NCBI GenBank assembly: GCA_039621445.1
Contig: CP154954.1
Coordinates: 47,223,847-47,287,846 of the forward strand
Origin: Euglena gracilis
Lineage: Eukaryota
Length of the DNA stretch: 64,000 bases
Direction of reading: 5' to 3'
How positions within the stretch are numbered: the first letter of the stretch is position 1; every line of letters starts with the position of its first letter. Below are positions 50,833-63,344 of this stretch, piece after piece. The notes below the pieces were generated by a model. That model was given only the letters and a program-made list of their open reading frames with translations, was not told the origin of the DNA and did not search any database. The translations under genes were made by a program, and so were the position numbers.

Positions 50833-51439
50833 TTTAGCTGGCTCAAGGAATGGGGAGTTGGGTTCTGGAACCAGGTTTGTGGGCTCTGGGGAATTGTGTG
50901 CATTCAGCACCCAGAACAAGTGCAACCTTGGAACCTTGGAAAAAGGCTTGATATCAACTGTTTTTTATGGGTTCCCCACCCTCCGGTCAAGGAGGTCTGA
51001 CCCCCACCCCACAGGTTACATAATTTATTTATGTAATGAATAAATTATTTACATATGTGTTAAACAAACAACCTGTATTGCATGTGCCCTGTGTCACGAC
51101 GAAACCCCAAGGAGCCATTTCCAATCTCTTCAGGATGCGTTGGTCGGATGTGTTCAATAGTCAACCTTGGCAACCTCGGTTCAATCTGGCTCGTGGTGAT
51201 GTATTCTTTTTCCACACACAACCAATTTTGGGACTTGGAGGCGAATTGACTTGCTCATTTCAAGGAAGGTGTTGCCACCCCGCAGAGGAAAACCAAGCGA
51301 TTTCTGAATTAATTTTTTGCATATTTTTTGGGTGAAAGAAAAACCCCTTCCTCTAATGAGTCTTTCGGGTGATGTGGAAAGCATTTTTTCAAGCTTCAAA
51401 CCTCTGACCCCCCCCCCCCCCGACCAGGCTTCGATGCAA

Positions 51440-52870
51440 GGAGGGTGTGCAGGGATTAGGTGGGGGGTCGCTGAGCTCTTATCCCTTTATGGGTAAGAGC
51501 GAAGCTTACCCCAGGCGAAACCCCCCCCCCCCCTCGACCCCCCCAGGTCGGGGCCACCTGGAGAACGGACAGATTATCACCATGATCCCGACCCCGTTCC
51601 CGAAATTTTTTTTTCAGTCGCAAGTTGACGAATCACCTGGGTTTGACTCCCAACTCCCCGCCAGGCCCGAGTTATTCACGCGCGAAGGGGTCCAAACTGG
51701 GTAGGATCGGCCCGCCCCCCCCTGGATAAGCCCCCCCCCCCGGACCCTGCCATTTCGGCCAAAAAAATGTCAATTTTCAAAATGTCCCCAAAATGAAGCC
51801 AAATCAAAGGAAATGTCCGGAGATCAAATTTGAAGCTTGCAACATCCTATCTGCCGGCATTTTGATTGGCATTTTGGTATTTTGAAGTCCCTGTCTTCTG
51901 GGTGTCAAAGGGCAAATTAGGAATTAGCCAACTCCGGCGAGAAAAGGCATTGAGCGGGACCTCCTAACCCTACGCACCCAAACAATCCAAACAACACCGC
52001 CGGCGAGCAAGGCATGGCCTCACAAGGTCTTTGTGCTTCGCCCTCGGCGTCCCTTCCTCCCTGGTCGTTCCCCCCCGAGGGAGTACGAAACTCCCCTCCT
52101 AGCCCGAGATATGGCCGGTTTGTACACTTTCCCCACGGTCCGACTTAGCCGTTTTCGGGGGGTGGGGGGTCAAAAAATCAAGGCTATCAAAATTTCTCGA
52201 AAATGATGCAAAATCAAGGGAAATGTCCGGAGACCTAATTTGAAGCCCTTGGAACGCTCTATCTACTGGGATTTTGGTTTCCCCGCAGCTCACCGCCTAG
52301 CCCGAGATACGGCCGTATTTCGACCAATTTAGGCCACTGTAGGGCATTCTGTGCACTTTTTCTACTGTTCGACTTAGCCGTTTTCGGCCGAAAAAGTCGA
52401 AAATCGGAAATTTTTTTTTCCCGAAACGATGTTTTATTTTGGGCCTCCCGAAAAACTGGTTTTGAGCCGAAAATGAGCGTTTTCGACCCGCCAGCGCCCC
52501 GTTTTGGGCCGCCAACCCATTGACTTTGGGTCAAAACCGGGTCAAAAAAGTCGGGCAAAATCGATCCCCCAGCGCCCCGTTTTGGCCGCCAACCCATGAC
52601 TTTGGGTCTAAACCGGGTCAAAAAGTCGAAAAAAACCGAGAATTTTTTTTTGGCCCGAAACGATGTTCGGACTCGGAAAAGGTGTTTTCTTGAGCCGAAA
52701 ATGAACGTTTTTCGGCCCCCGGGTGCCCCGTTTCGGGCACAAAACCCTTGCATTTCAGTCAAAAGAGCTCCATGGAGTGGGCCGTTGTATATGTGGGGGT
52801 CAATGAAGGGGTGGGTGCGCGCTTATCAAGAGCTCAGCACTATTCAAAACCTGGTCCGCGCCAACCCCCA
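51440..52870. mobile_element. Interspersed repeat family shared with ~19200-20420 (fragments at ~45900-46090 and ~47190-47560)
   Basis: Shared blocks include gaaggggtccaaactgggtaggat, aatcaaaggaaatgt..gaga, gcccgagata and aagagctcagcacta..caaaacctgg. Class not determined. Confidence 0.6.
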
Positions 52871-55048
52871 ACAGGTGTGGGGGGGGGGACCCCCACTTAA
52901 AAGATCGTCCAGGTCAAGCACCTCTGTTGATGCTTGGCGACTCTGGGCGATGCTGGGCGATGGTGGCATTTTTTTTTAACATGTTGAATGATTAACTCAC
53001 TTTTAGGTAATTTCCCTACAAGTCTCCAATATTGATTTCAACTAGGCTATTTTGGATTGATTGTTTGCTAGTTTGGGGGCTATTTTGCATTGCCTTGGGA
53101 AAATATTGACCAATGTCGGTTTGCATGTGGGTATGGCAATTATGCCATTGGGTGTTTTGGTTATTATTATTTTTTTTATAAAAAAACTCATCTGGACATT
53201 GGTGGCGTTTTTTGGGCTATTTTTTTGGTTTCTTCAAGCCCTTTCAGGCCTTTTTTTTGCTTTTCGAACTCCTCCTCGGAAACGGACCACCTGGGGCTCC
53301 GCACTTTGCCCTTTCAGCGCCCTTTCATGCCTCCCTCGCTGGCGGTCTGCTGGTTGAATGTGACGAGCTGGGCTAGGAGGCCCCGCGCAGTGCCCTTTCC
53401 CCCGCGGCTGGCTGACACCAAAATTCCCCTGCGGCACCCGCACTTTGCCCTTGCGAGGCCATGCCTTGCTCGCCGGCGGTCTGTTGTGTGATTGTGAGGC
53501 GCTGGGCTCGGAGTCTCTGCTTAGTGCCGACCACGCACTGCGAGATGGTGAGGCCCTGCTTTCCTTGCCGGCTGCTCTGCTCTGGTGTGTGGATGGTGTG
53601 CTTCTTACTTCTTTTTGTTGCCGGAGTTGGTTGAGGCCTAAATCTGCCATTCGACCTCAAGGGGAAAGAATTTCAACCCAACGAGTTCAAAAACGTTCAC
53701 CACCATCAAGCAATCAATTCAGGAGTGGAGAGGAATTCGTAAGATAAAGAAATCGGAAGAACAATTTTTGATTTACATGAAACATGCAACAACCCAATTA
53801 CCCAGCTACCAAGAGGAGCAACAAGGAACCCCAGCGAAGGCAGCAGAAGCTGGAGAAGATGGAGCACCAGCAAGCTCCGAAGGAAATTGAAGAACGACCC
53901 CAGAAGCGGAGAAGAGTGTAGGAGCAGCAGGCGCTGGAGAACCCGGCGGAGCGGGTGCAGAGCGCCAGTCCGTGGCCGTCGCAACCCCCCCACCCTCCAA
54001 TGACCCAGAAAAGTCTCAGTTCCAACAGTTCAACGACGGCTATGAACCCTGAACAGTGGTTGCCAGAAATTCGAGGAGACAAAGAAGGCAGCAGTCCACA
54101 GCCTGTGGGCTCTTTGTTTTACGGCTCGTGTTCGATGCCCCACGTGGGGACGGTGCCTCTCACCGTCCCGAACCGGACGCCAATTTCCGACCCGGGAATC
54201 GAACCCACGACCTCCCGGTTCCTCGGCTAGCGTCATGGGACAAAGAGACAAAGGAGGTCCTCACCTGGCGGTTCACCGGTCTCCCGCCAGGCAGCCTCCT
54301 GAGTCCCCAGTGCCGCTCCGGGATATCCCATAGTCGTGGACCAACTCACGGCGACCTCCACAAGCCCAAGTGGAGAAGTCGCCAGCTGGAAATGGGAAAA
54401 CAGGTCTGGCAGACAACACCCCCTTTTACATCCCCGCCACCCGCCAAGGGGGAAAGTCCAAAGGCAACATGGACTGCATCAGGGACACGGAAGCCCTTTT
54501 CAGCAAGGCTATGGCAGCCATCATTCAACAGGGCATGCAGCCCACCTTCAAGGCTATGGAAGCCAGACTCTCAACCTGGGAAACTGCCATTGGGGAAAGG
54601 CATGTCCATTTTTCCCCACAACTCCCTCAAGCAAAAAGCCCTCAGGAGCCGCTCATCAATACAGCACGCAGTCACCCCATCGCGGAATTTGGGCCCAGCA
54701 GGATCATCCAACTCAAAGGAGAGAGGGAGGAAAGAAGGCCAGTGGAGGCCATTATAATCAAAATCAGGAGGCCAGTGAAGGCCAGGGGAAGGTTCAAGAT
54801 CTCAGGGCCAGTGGACGCCATTTCACTCAAGATCAGGACGCCAATGGATGCCAGTGGAGTTTTCAAGTTCTGGAGGCCAGTTGAGGCCGTTTTATTCAAA
54901 CTCTGCAGCATCACAACAGCCCTTGGGGGGGGAGGCCCAAGATTGGCTCAGACAGGCCCCCCCCCCCCGGGGTTCCGAGGAAAAGCCTCAAACAAATTGT
55001 TTAACCACCCTTTGCTACCCGTCCATTTTCTTTTCTGGCTCTAGGCGT

Positions 55049-56172
55049 TAGACTGGGGGGGAGGGTCCTGGGTGGTCGGCCGACTAGTCGGCCGACCACC
55101 CAACTGGTCGGCCGACTAGGCCTGGTCGGCAGCTAGTCGGCGAGACGGGGGGGGGGGTAGTGGGTGGTCGGTGGATTAGTCGGCCGACCACCCACTCTAA
55201 TGCAGTTACGGGCCAGTCTCGCCAACTTTTTATGAAGAAAATTGTATGCAAACTAGTCGGTGGCTAGTCGGTGGTCATAAAAATGGTCTGTGGCCGGTCC
55301 GAACCACCCGGAAATGGTCCGGATGCGTCGAAATAAGTGCCTTACACCAACAGGAACACCCTTAGATGGAAATCTTTGGTCGGTGGGGGGTCGGTGGGCC
55401 CTTGATGGGGTCCGGAGGGTGAAAAACCAATGACGAAACAGGGGTTACATGAAGATCCTTTAGAAATGCAAGCATTCTGCATCACGACAGGATGAAAACT
55501 CCCCCCTCCACCCCCATCCGAGCAGCAGATAACAAAATCCCTTTTGTGTTGGCATCATACTCGGGGGATAAGTCGTTTTGTGGCTCACATTGGCATAGGC
55601 GGGGGGGGGCTCCGCCCGCCCCGCAACCCGCACTTAAATAACAAAATCCTTCTATGTTGGTAACATACTCCGGGGTTAAGTCGTTTTTGTGGCTCACTTT
55701 GGCATAGGCGGGGGGGGGGATCCGCCCCCCCGCACCCCGCCCTCAAATAACAAAGTCCCTTCTATGTTGCCAATATACTTGGAGGGCTAAGTCCTTTTTG
55801 TGCAAATTTTGACTTATATTGACTTATATACAACGGGGAGAGGTTTTCTTTTGCCAAAAGCAGCCCAAAATGGACATTTTGCAATTTTTTTGCACATTCA
55901 CCCCCGATTGGGGGGTTCTGGAGCCATTTGGGTGGGTTTTGACTGGAGTTGAGGTCATTTGGACAAAATTTTTTCTCAGGGGGGGCTTAAAAGTCGTCGA
56001 AACCGGCCCGTATCTACATTAGAGTGGGTGGTCGGCCGACTAATCCGCCGACCAGCCACTACCCCCCCCCCCGTCTCGCCGACTACCTGCCGACCAGGCC
56101 TAGTCGGACGACCAATTGGGTGGTCGGCCGACTGGTCGGCCGACCAACCACTACCCCCCCCCCCCCAGTCTA
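55049..56172. mobile_element. Foldback/MITE-like element with ~155-bp imperfect inverted repeats of gtcggccgac palindromes
   Basis: tagactggggg...cccccagtcta ends; 55049-55205 is inverted relative to 56016-56172. Confidence 0.7.
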
Positions 56173-56428
56173 CCGTCTGGCACTCCCCTCCCCCCCAAAG
56201 CTAAGGATCAGCCCTTCCCCTTCTGTTTTATGTGCACCACCCCACTGTAGACTTTCCCCCTCAACATTTCACAGTCAAAGGGAAAGCCTGGCTCTGGGCA
56301 GCCCTCCATCTGGACCCCGGTGAAGGGGCAGCCAGGGGGAGAGGCCTCAGTGCTGGGCCTGCGGATCCCCGGACACATTACACCCGGGGGTTCCCCCTTA
56401 CAGGGTCCTGCAGGCCAGCATCCCCCAT

Positions 56429-56820
56429 TTGGTCAAGGCAGGAGCCAGCAGAGAGGTATTAAACCTGGTAAGGGAGGGAGTTGTGGCAGATCTTCTCATC
56501 CACTCCCAAATGTCCTTAAAATTTCCTTTCAAATCCCCCCAAGATATTATGACAGCCAAAAAGATGAGGGAATACGAATGTGCAGGGGAAACCAGGCAAA
56601 TCCCCCAAGAGGAGGCAAATATTTTGTCCCTTATTTCATCATTTCCAAAACAGAGGAGGAAAAGACAAAGAAATTCCTAATTTAAGACTGTCAACAATTA
56701 AACCTCCAGTTCACCCACCAGAAATTCAGATTGGAACACATGAGAAACGTTTTCTAATATTTAAGAAAAGGCTGGTTTTGTAGAAAAATCGACCTCAAAG
56801 ATGCTGATTTCATTTAAAGT
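56429..56820 (+). pseudogene. Degenerate DIRS-type (tyrosine-recombinase retrotransposon) reverse transcriptase fragment
   Basis: Frameshifted and stop-containing ..KFRLEHMRNVF*YLRKGWFCRKIDLKDADFHLK, matching the DIRS1 RT motif KF(K/R)ME..IDLKDAYFH. Confidence 0.7.
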
Positions 56821-57647
56821 TGCACAACAGCATGGAAAAATTTGTTTGCATGTATGTGGGGGGGGAACCTGTGAGGGCTTTTAGTTTTACGGATTGTGTT
56901 CGATGCCCGAGGAGGGCCGATGCCTCTCGCCGTCCCGAGCCGGACGTCAATTGCCGACACGGGAATCGAACCCACGACCTCGGCTAGCGTCTTCCTCCAG
57001 ACTACCGGTGGGAACAAAGGAGGTCCTCACCTGGCGCAAGGTTGGGTTTTGTTTTTGTATTTTTGGGGGGGTCCCAAAATCGGCCCAAAAATTTTGGGGG
57101 GGTACCCAAAAAGCAAATTTTTGGGTCTCCATTGACGATGAGAGAAAACCATGGGAAAACAATGGTCGACATCCGCAAAGTCACGAAGGGGCTGTCGCTC
57201 AGAGTTGTCCTGAACACACCCCGCCTGCTTGAAACACTTTCTGGCGTTTTTTTTTCCAGTAGTTTCAGACCATCCCCCACCCAGTTAGTCCAGTTAGTTT
57301 AGTTAGTACAATTCTGGATCCTGAAATTTTTTGGGGGCACAAGGCCTTTCAAAATGCCCCAAAATGCAATTTTCTGTTCGAGACATGTAAAACCCCCCAA
57401 ATAATAATAATAATACCCCCCGGGGTAATATTTTTTCGCCCGAAGTCCCGGCCCGAGGGGGGGGGGTATTATTTCCCAAAAATTTTCGAAAATTTTTGAA
57501 GTTCCGTAGGAGCAAAAATAGTGCCAAAACCCCCCTTTGGGATCATTTTTTTTTTGCACTTCCTCATGAAATTTAGCATTTCTTGGAGGCCAGATAATCC
57601 AGAAAAATCGATTTTTCCGTAATTTATTGACAGAGATTGTGATTTTT

Positions 57648-57956
57648 AGTGTACGTCTGATTCCCAATTCCCCTTTCCCAATTCCCAAAAGCCTTCGCTT
57701 TCGCCTTGGTGCACCTACTTGGGAACTGAAAATCAGAGTAACAGTAAAAACCCTTTTCCCACTTCCCAAGAAGCAAAGCACGGAGCAATGCAGGGAGGAC
57801 GGACTGGATAACCAAGTCCGGTCCGGAGAAAAGGAAAGACAAAACAGAATACCACCTGTGGAGAAAGAAGGGGCACCCATTAGGAAATCCTAATAGGATC
57901 TGCTTCCATCCTAACTTCCTCAACGGAAGGGGACAGAAGCATACGCCTGGTACACA
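57648..57956 (-). mobile_element. 3' LTR of minus-strand LTR retrotransposon B
   Basis: 309 bp, TGTGTAC...GTACACT on the minus strand, immediately preceded by polypurine tract GGGAGGGGGA (57966-57957). About 3 differences from 58339-58646. Confidence 0.85.
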
Positions 57957-58338
57957 TCCCCCTCCCAGGGCTATGCCCGATTTCCCCTTTGGACCAGGCA
58001 TTCTGGCCACAGGGATTTCGGACACAGACCTGGTCTGTGGGAGGTGCACCCTGGCGCATCCACAGGGGCCCTTTCCGTCGCACAGGGGTCCACTCAGAGG
58101 GGGGGGGGCGGAAAGGAGGGGACCCAAAAAGCCCAAAACGCGCAAAATGGTTTCACCTATTTTGCGGTGGCTTATGGGTGTATAGTATATTATAGCGCAT
58201 TGGGGAAAATGGGGCTGGCAGGTTTCCTTGCCAAGCAAACCCATCCACCCAGTTTCGGTGTGCCCAAGGCACTTGGGGTTGGGTCCATGGGCATTCCAGG
58301 AAAACCCATGGGGAGGGTGTGGAAGGAGGGGGCCTCTG

Positions 58339-58646
58339 TGTGTACCAGGCGTATGCTTCTGTCCCCTTCCGTTGAGGAAGTTAGGATGGAAGCAGATCCT
58401 ATTAGGATTTCCTAATGGGTGCCCCTTCTCTCTCCACAGGTGGTATTCTGTTTGTCTTTCCTTTTCTCCGGACCGGACTTGGTTATCCAGTCCGTCCTCC
58501 CTGCATTGCTCCGTGCTTTGCTTCTTGGGAAGTGGGAAAAGGGTTTTTACTGTTACTCTGATTTTCAGTTCCCAAGTAGGTGCGCCAAGGCGAAAGCGAA
58601 GGCTTTTGGGAATTGGGAAAGGGGAATTGGGAATCAGACGTACACT
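58339..58646 (+). mobile_element. 5' LTR of plus-strand LTR retrotransposon A
   Basis: 308 bp, TGTGTAC...GTACACT, followed directly by PBS-like TGGTAGCAGA and a long gag-like ORF. Confidence 0.85.
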
Positions 58647-58739
58647 TGGTAGCAGATAAGGTCACGATCCTACACATACAGCCCATACAGAAAGAAAACG
58701 CTATCAAGTATTACACTTGGTAGCAGATTGGTTCGATCC
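58647..58739 (+). promoter_or_regulatory. Two tRNA-iMet-like primer binding sites (58647 and 58718)
   Basis: TGGTAGCAGAT..CGATCC occurs twice. It resembles the complement of the eukaryotic initiator tRNA 3' end, including its GGATCG T-loop. Confidence 0.65.
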
Positions 58740-58931
58740 TACGCTGACTGGCAGCGGAGAGCCCCTGCACCGTTATTACACGGTCGCAGCGTCAGCTCCC
58801 GGCTTCTAGTCAACGTCTAAGCAGACGAGCAGGCTCCGGAAGGCTCTGTACGGTATTACCCGTTACAGCCCCTCTGGTGCCAGCACAACTGCTTAGTTTT
58901 GTGGGTTTTTGCTGTTTTTGTCATCAAAAAG

Positions 58932-61900
58932 ATGCAAAGCACAGGCCCCAACCATCAATTCAATTATGCCTTATTACAGGCATCATTGCAGGACATTGAC
59001 CAAGAAAATGGGGATTGGAAGCTTTTATGTGAAAGTGCTTCCAGTTCCCACGCCGATGAGGCACAATTGATTCAATTGTCACAATTGCAACATTTGTCAT
59101 CATTGACAGTGGTCGGCGATGAGCCCTCCACATCATTGGCTTCAGAGGCTAATGCGGCCTCTTCCGCACTCACCTTGCCACAACGGGGGTATTCGCCTCT
59201 GTCTGCGGTAATGGTGCAGCTGTGCACACCGGAGAGACCCGTGGTGATTCCGCCACCGGGCTTCTCTGGTGATGGTGGGCTAGAAACCCCGTGTTTCTTT
59301 CAACCCCCACTGGCTCTTCCACCGGCAAGCCCTTACGGAGCTTTGCCACCACCACCCGATCTTGGGTGTTATCCCGCACTACCTTGGCCACCGGAGACTC
59401 GCCTAGTGGTACCGGAATTCTCCGGTACGTCCCAACCCATGGATGGCTATGGGAAGGGCACTGGTGAGCTCCTCACTGCTGAGGATGTGCAGGATATTGT
59501 TGCTCGGCTTCCAGGGGATCACCCCCTTGTGAGGCAGTTCAACCATGTGCAACAATGCGTTGCAGAGTGTGCAACCGCATTGAACAAAGTGCTTCAGTTT
59601 GATGAGGACAACCAGAAACATGTCTTCACCAAGCTGGAACACTGCTGGAATTACTTGCAGGAAGTTGGCAGATATTGCCAGAGGAATTTCGAAAGTGCGG
59701 GTATTGACCTTGCAAACTTTCGGGAAACCTTTGACAGAATACGCCAACAGCTCCCGCAAAACTTCCGGCAAATTAGTGAATGCATGCATGAAGCGGAAAC
59801 GCGGAATGACTCCAAGTTTCTGCACTTGCATGGATCACTACAACAGTTATGGGGACAAATGGAGTCCTGTTCATCTGCGTTGTTGCATTTGCAACAACAG
59901 TTGCATGCACGAGATTCCTCGTCTGCAACATCCAGCAGTGGTGGATTTGTGTCTATGGACCATTTCACCACATCGTCTGCAACTTTCCATGAATCGCAAC
60001 ACCGCATTATGCAGTTGTGCGATGAAACGGAAAAGTTTCGGCACTTCCGGTCACAAGCCAACGAGAATTTTGCTCCCCACACGTATGTGCGGCAGTTGGA
60101 GGAGCGACTTTCCCGTTTGGAGCAGAAAACCTGCTATTGTGACGCGAATCGGGTTGGATTATCCAATCTGAGCGCGAAAGTCGCGGAAATGGCACAATGG
60201 CAGGATTCCCTGCAGTTGCAGTTGCAATCCGACATTGGCGGGATTAACTCGGCCATTGCGGGTTTGCAACAAAGCTATTCCGCACTTTCCCACCGAGTTC
60301 CGGACATTAGCGGTATTCAGACTGCTATTGGGGAACTCCAGACCCGGTATGCATCGGTGTCTACCAAAGTAACGGAAATGCAGTCTCTACCTGCAGGTTC
60401 CAGTTCTCGAATTACCGAGAACCCTGATTTCAAGGCATTTTATGACAAAATGCTCACTAACAATCAGGAAACCTTGCAAGATTTCTGCAACAGCCTATTA
60501 CGGCTTGAGGAATCGGTGAATCGGAATGCCCGATCCACGCAAAGTGATATTACCAGGTAGGATGGGCGAATTTCCGCGTTGTTGGATAGGCCACAACCCG
60601 GAAATTTGCCCGTGGGTACCACAACCGCGTTCTCGGATAACCCTGCACCGGTTGCACCCACCACCACACTAACCAAGGTGACATCACCTTTGCAGATTCT
60701 CTCAAATGCTGTAAAAGCATTAATGGGACAACTCCAATTATTGGATAAGTCTCACGGGAAACTTGTCCAAGATGTAACCGGAATTTCCGAAAGGATTCCG
60801 CACTTGGATGACTTTTCCCGTTACCGCAAGCGTATTCGCGCTTTGGAGGATGAAGTTGACCGTATTTGCGGCCAACTCCAACTCGTTGAGCATTTGGAGC
60901 AAAGTGTGCATGACTTGTCTGTGGGTTTGGATAATGTGTCCAACCAACAGCGGGTTTCACACCGCAATTCGGCAGTATGCATTGCCGAAGATGCGCCAAA
61001 TGTTCCAGAGTCGCGTTTTCATAACCCGGCTCTGGGTGCACATGCACCACCACCACCCGTGTCCCGAGTGTCACAATCCGCGATTCCGCGAATTGTGCCA
61101 CCATTGGCCTTGTCCACCACCCAAACCCAGTTTTTGGATGAATCTCCCATTACGGGAACCGAATTCGCGGAAAACACGGCGCTTCCGCCACGTCTCCACC
61201 AAGAAATCCATCATTCCATGCTTGTGCGTGGAATGAGCCAAACCCGTACACCGGGAGTGGGTCACATGTTGCATGCGCGACATACCCCCACACCGGAGAG
61301 TCTCCCTATTACGGGTGACCAACAGGGTTTGCGACCGGATTTCCGGTACCAAGAGTCACCTTCACCAGAAATTTCGCGATTCCGACAAGAATCCGGAAAG
61401 GATACGCTTGGTGCTCGAGCGTACCCGGGCCCGAATCCACGGAATACCACCGAGGGCCAACGGGTTTTTCAGAAAGACTTCAAGGGCACCATCGCAATCG
61501 CGAATAAGGTGAAACCCCAGTGGGATGGTGATCCAACCACATGGAGACAGTTTTTCCGGAACTGGGAGTACTACTGGGCATTGAAAGGGCCAACCCAGGA
61601 CACAAACCCGGAGGTGATCAAGATGGAATTCATCGATTGCCTCCCTATGGATGAGAAGGAGCGCGCGCGACAACTCGTCATTCGCTACCGCGTTTCCTTT
61701 GATGACCTGGTGGAGCAATACGCTTCCACCAGTTCAAGTTTGGTCGCTAGGATTACCCTGGAGACCAAGTGGCGGCAATGCGCCCCACCCGATCGGAAGT
61801 GGAAGTCCATTGACCTTTGGTATGCCAAATGGGTAGGACTTGCCGCTGAAGTGGATGAACTCAGTGAAAAGCAAATGCGCGAACAGTTTGACGCTGTTCT

Positions 61901-62029
61901 CATGCATTTCACGCCTAGCCTCATCAAGGATATCCATCGTGAGGAGTTGGCGGGTAATGCACTGACTCTTGACCAACGCTGGAATTATGTTTCCAAGCAA
62001 CTGAAGCTATCACAGCTTCTTGGTCAGAT
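58932..62029 (+). CDS. Long gag-like ORF of element A (coiled-coil N-terminal region + capsid-like motif), with one in-frame TAG, truncated by LTR C
   Basis: ORFs 58899-60560 and 60579-62078 share one frame, separated by TAG at 60558-60560. PQWDGDPTTWRQFFRNWEYYW..KMEFIDCLP resembles retrotransposon gag. Intronless. Confidence 0.7.
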
Positions 62030-62456
62030 AGTGTACGTCCAAAGCTTTCCCTTTTCCCCTTTTTGGAACTTTCTGTAAAAGCCTTTCGCTTTCGCCTTGG
62101 TGCGCAGCCTACTTATGGTAGGGAAAAGTCTTTGGAGTAACGAAAAGTGGTTTTCCCCTTTTCTTCCCAATTCCCCAAGAAGCAAAGCACAAAGCAAAGA
62201 TTAAGAAGTTTCTTCTGAGATCAAAGTCGATTGTTCTGAGGGTTTTTCCCTCTGACAAAACCAATGGTGAAACTTGGAAGTGATGACAGTAAAGAATACC
62301 AAGTGTGGGGGAAGGAGAGAAAAGTGCTGACGTGTACAGGGGCAGATCCCAGAAGGGTCTGCCACGATCTTACCAGCTGTGGGTTTCCACAGTGGTGCGA
62401 CCGTCACAGAACTCACTCTGCAGATATCCTACAGAGCTGGGGCGTGCTGGTACACA
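62030..62456 (-). mobile_element. 3' LTR of diverged minus-strand element C, inserted in the gag of A
   Basis: 427 bp with the same TGTGTAC/GTACACT ends and the same PPT. Internal 62457-62810 is homologous to 57957-58330. Confidence 0.8.
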
Positions 62457-63344
62457 TCCCCCTCCCAGGGCTACGCCCGATTTCTTTCATGGACCAGGGT
62501 TTCCCAGTCCAGTCAGGATATCTGACGCCGCCCCAGGTGGGGTTCACTTCTCCATTCGGTGTCTCTCCTTTCCGCACAGTGGCATCCACCCAAAGCCCAA
62601 AAACGCGCAAAAGGTTAGCCGCGTTTCGCGGTTACCTATTAGCCGTTTCGGCTTAGGTGGGGTATGAAAAAGCCCACTGTGGGAAACGGGGCTTGGCAGG
62701 TTTCCTGACAAAGTGTCCCATCCACCCACTTTGGGTGTGCCAAAGGCATGCGGGGCTGGTCAAGCGATTCGCTGAAAACCCGAGGGGAGAGGTGTGGAAG
62801 GGGGGGCAGGCTCTTATCCTGGTCATACCCGGATAAGGCTCCTAGGCGGTCATATCCGCACTAGGAAACAAAAGCCTACTTACAAAACCGACTGCCGGCG
62901 ACAGCTTTGCGGGGGTGGGGGGAAAGTAGGGAGGAGAGGGGGGCTGGCTTAGGCCAGAACAGAATTTTTGCTGTCTGGCAGCCTTAAGGGCCTTAGGGCG
63001 GAAAAGTGACAAGTTGGCCTATTATTACGGCGTGCGCGCTGTGTGCTGTGCGTCACTTAGCGGTTTGCCAGGTTTCCCGGCTGCCAAGGTCTTCAAAGCA
63101 GTAGCTCCTTCACGACGCAATAAGAGGCGATTACCTCCCGCAGACGGTTTCCGTCCGCATGGTCACTGGTATAATGGGTTGACAGGGGGGGGGCTCTTGG
63201 ATGCTTCCATCCAGAGCGTTGAGGGACACAGACCCAGGTTCATCCCAGGGCTGTTTAGCGATTTCCGCTTCCAGTGTATATATATAGTGTATGAGCTCCA
63301 TGAAGGCGCTTACCTTACATGGGCTTGGTAATGCCGTTTCGGCA

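Noticed and set aside
54185-54230. Functional tRNA gene (also 56955-56990)
   Set aside because: Only a T-arm/B-box; no acceptor stem or anticodon arm could be folded.
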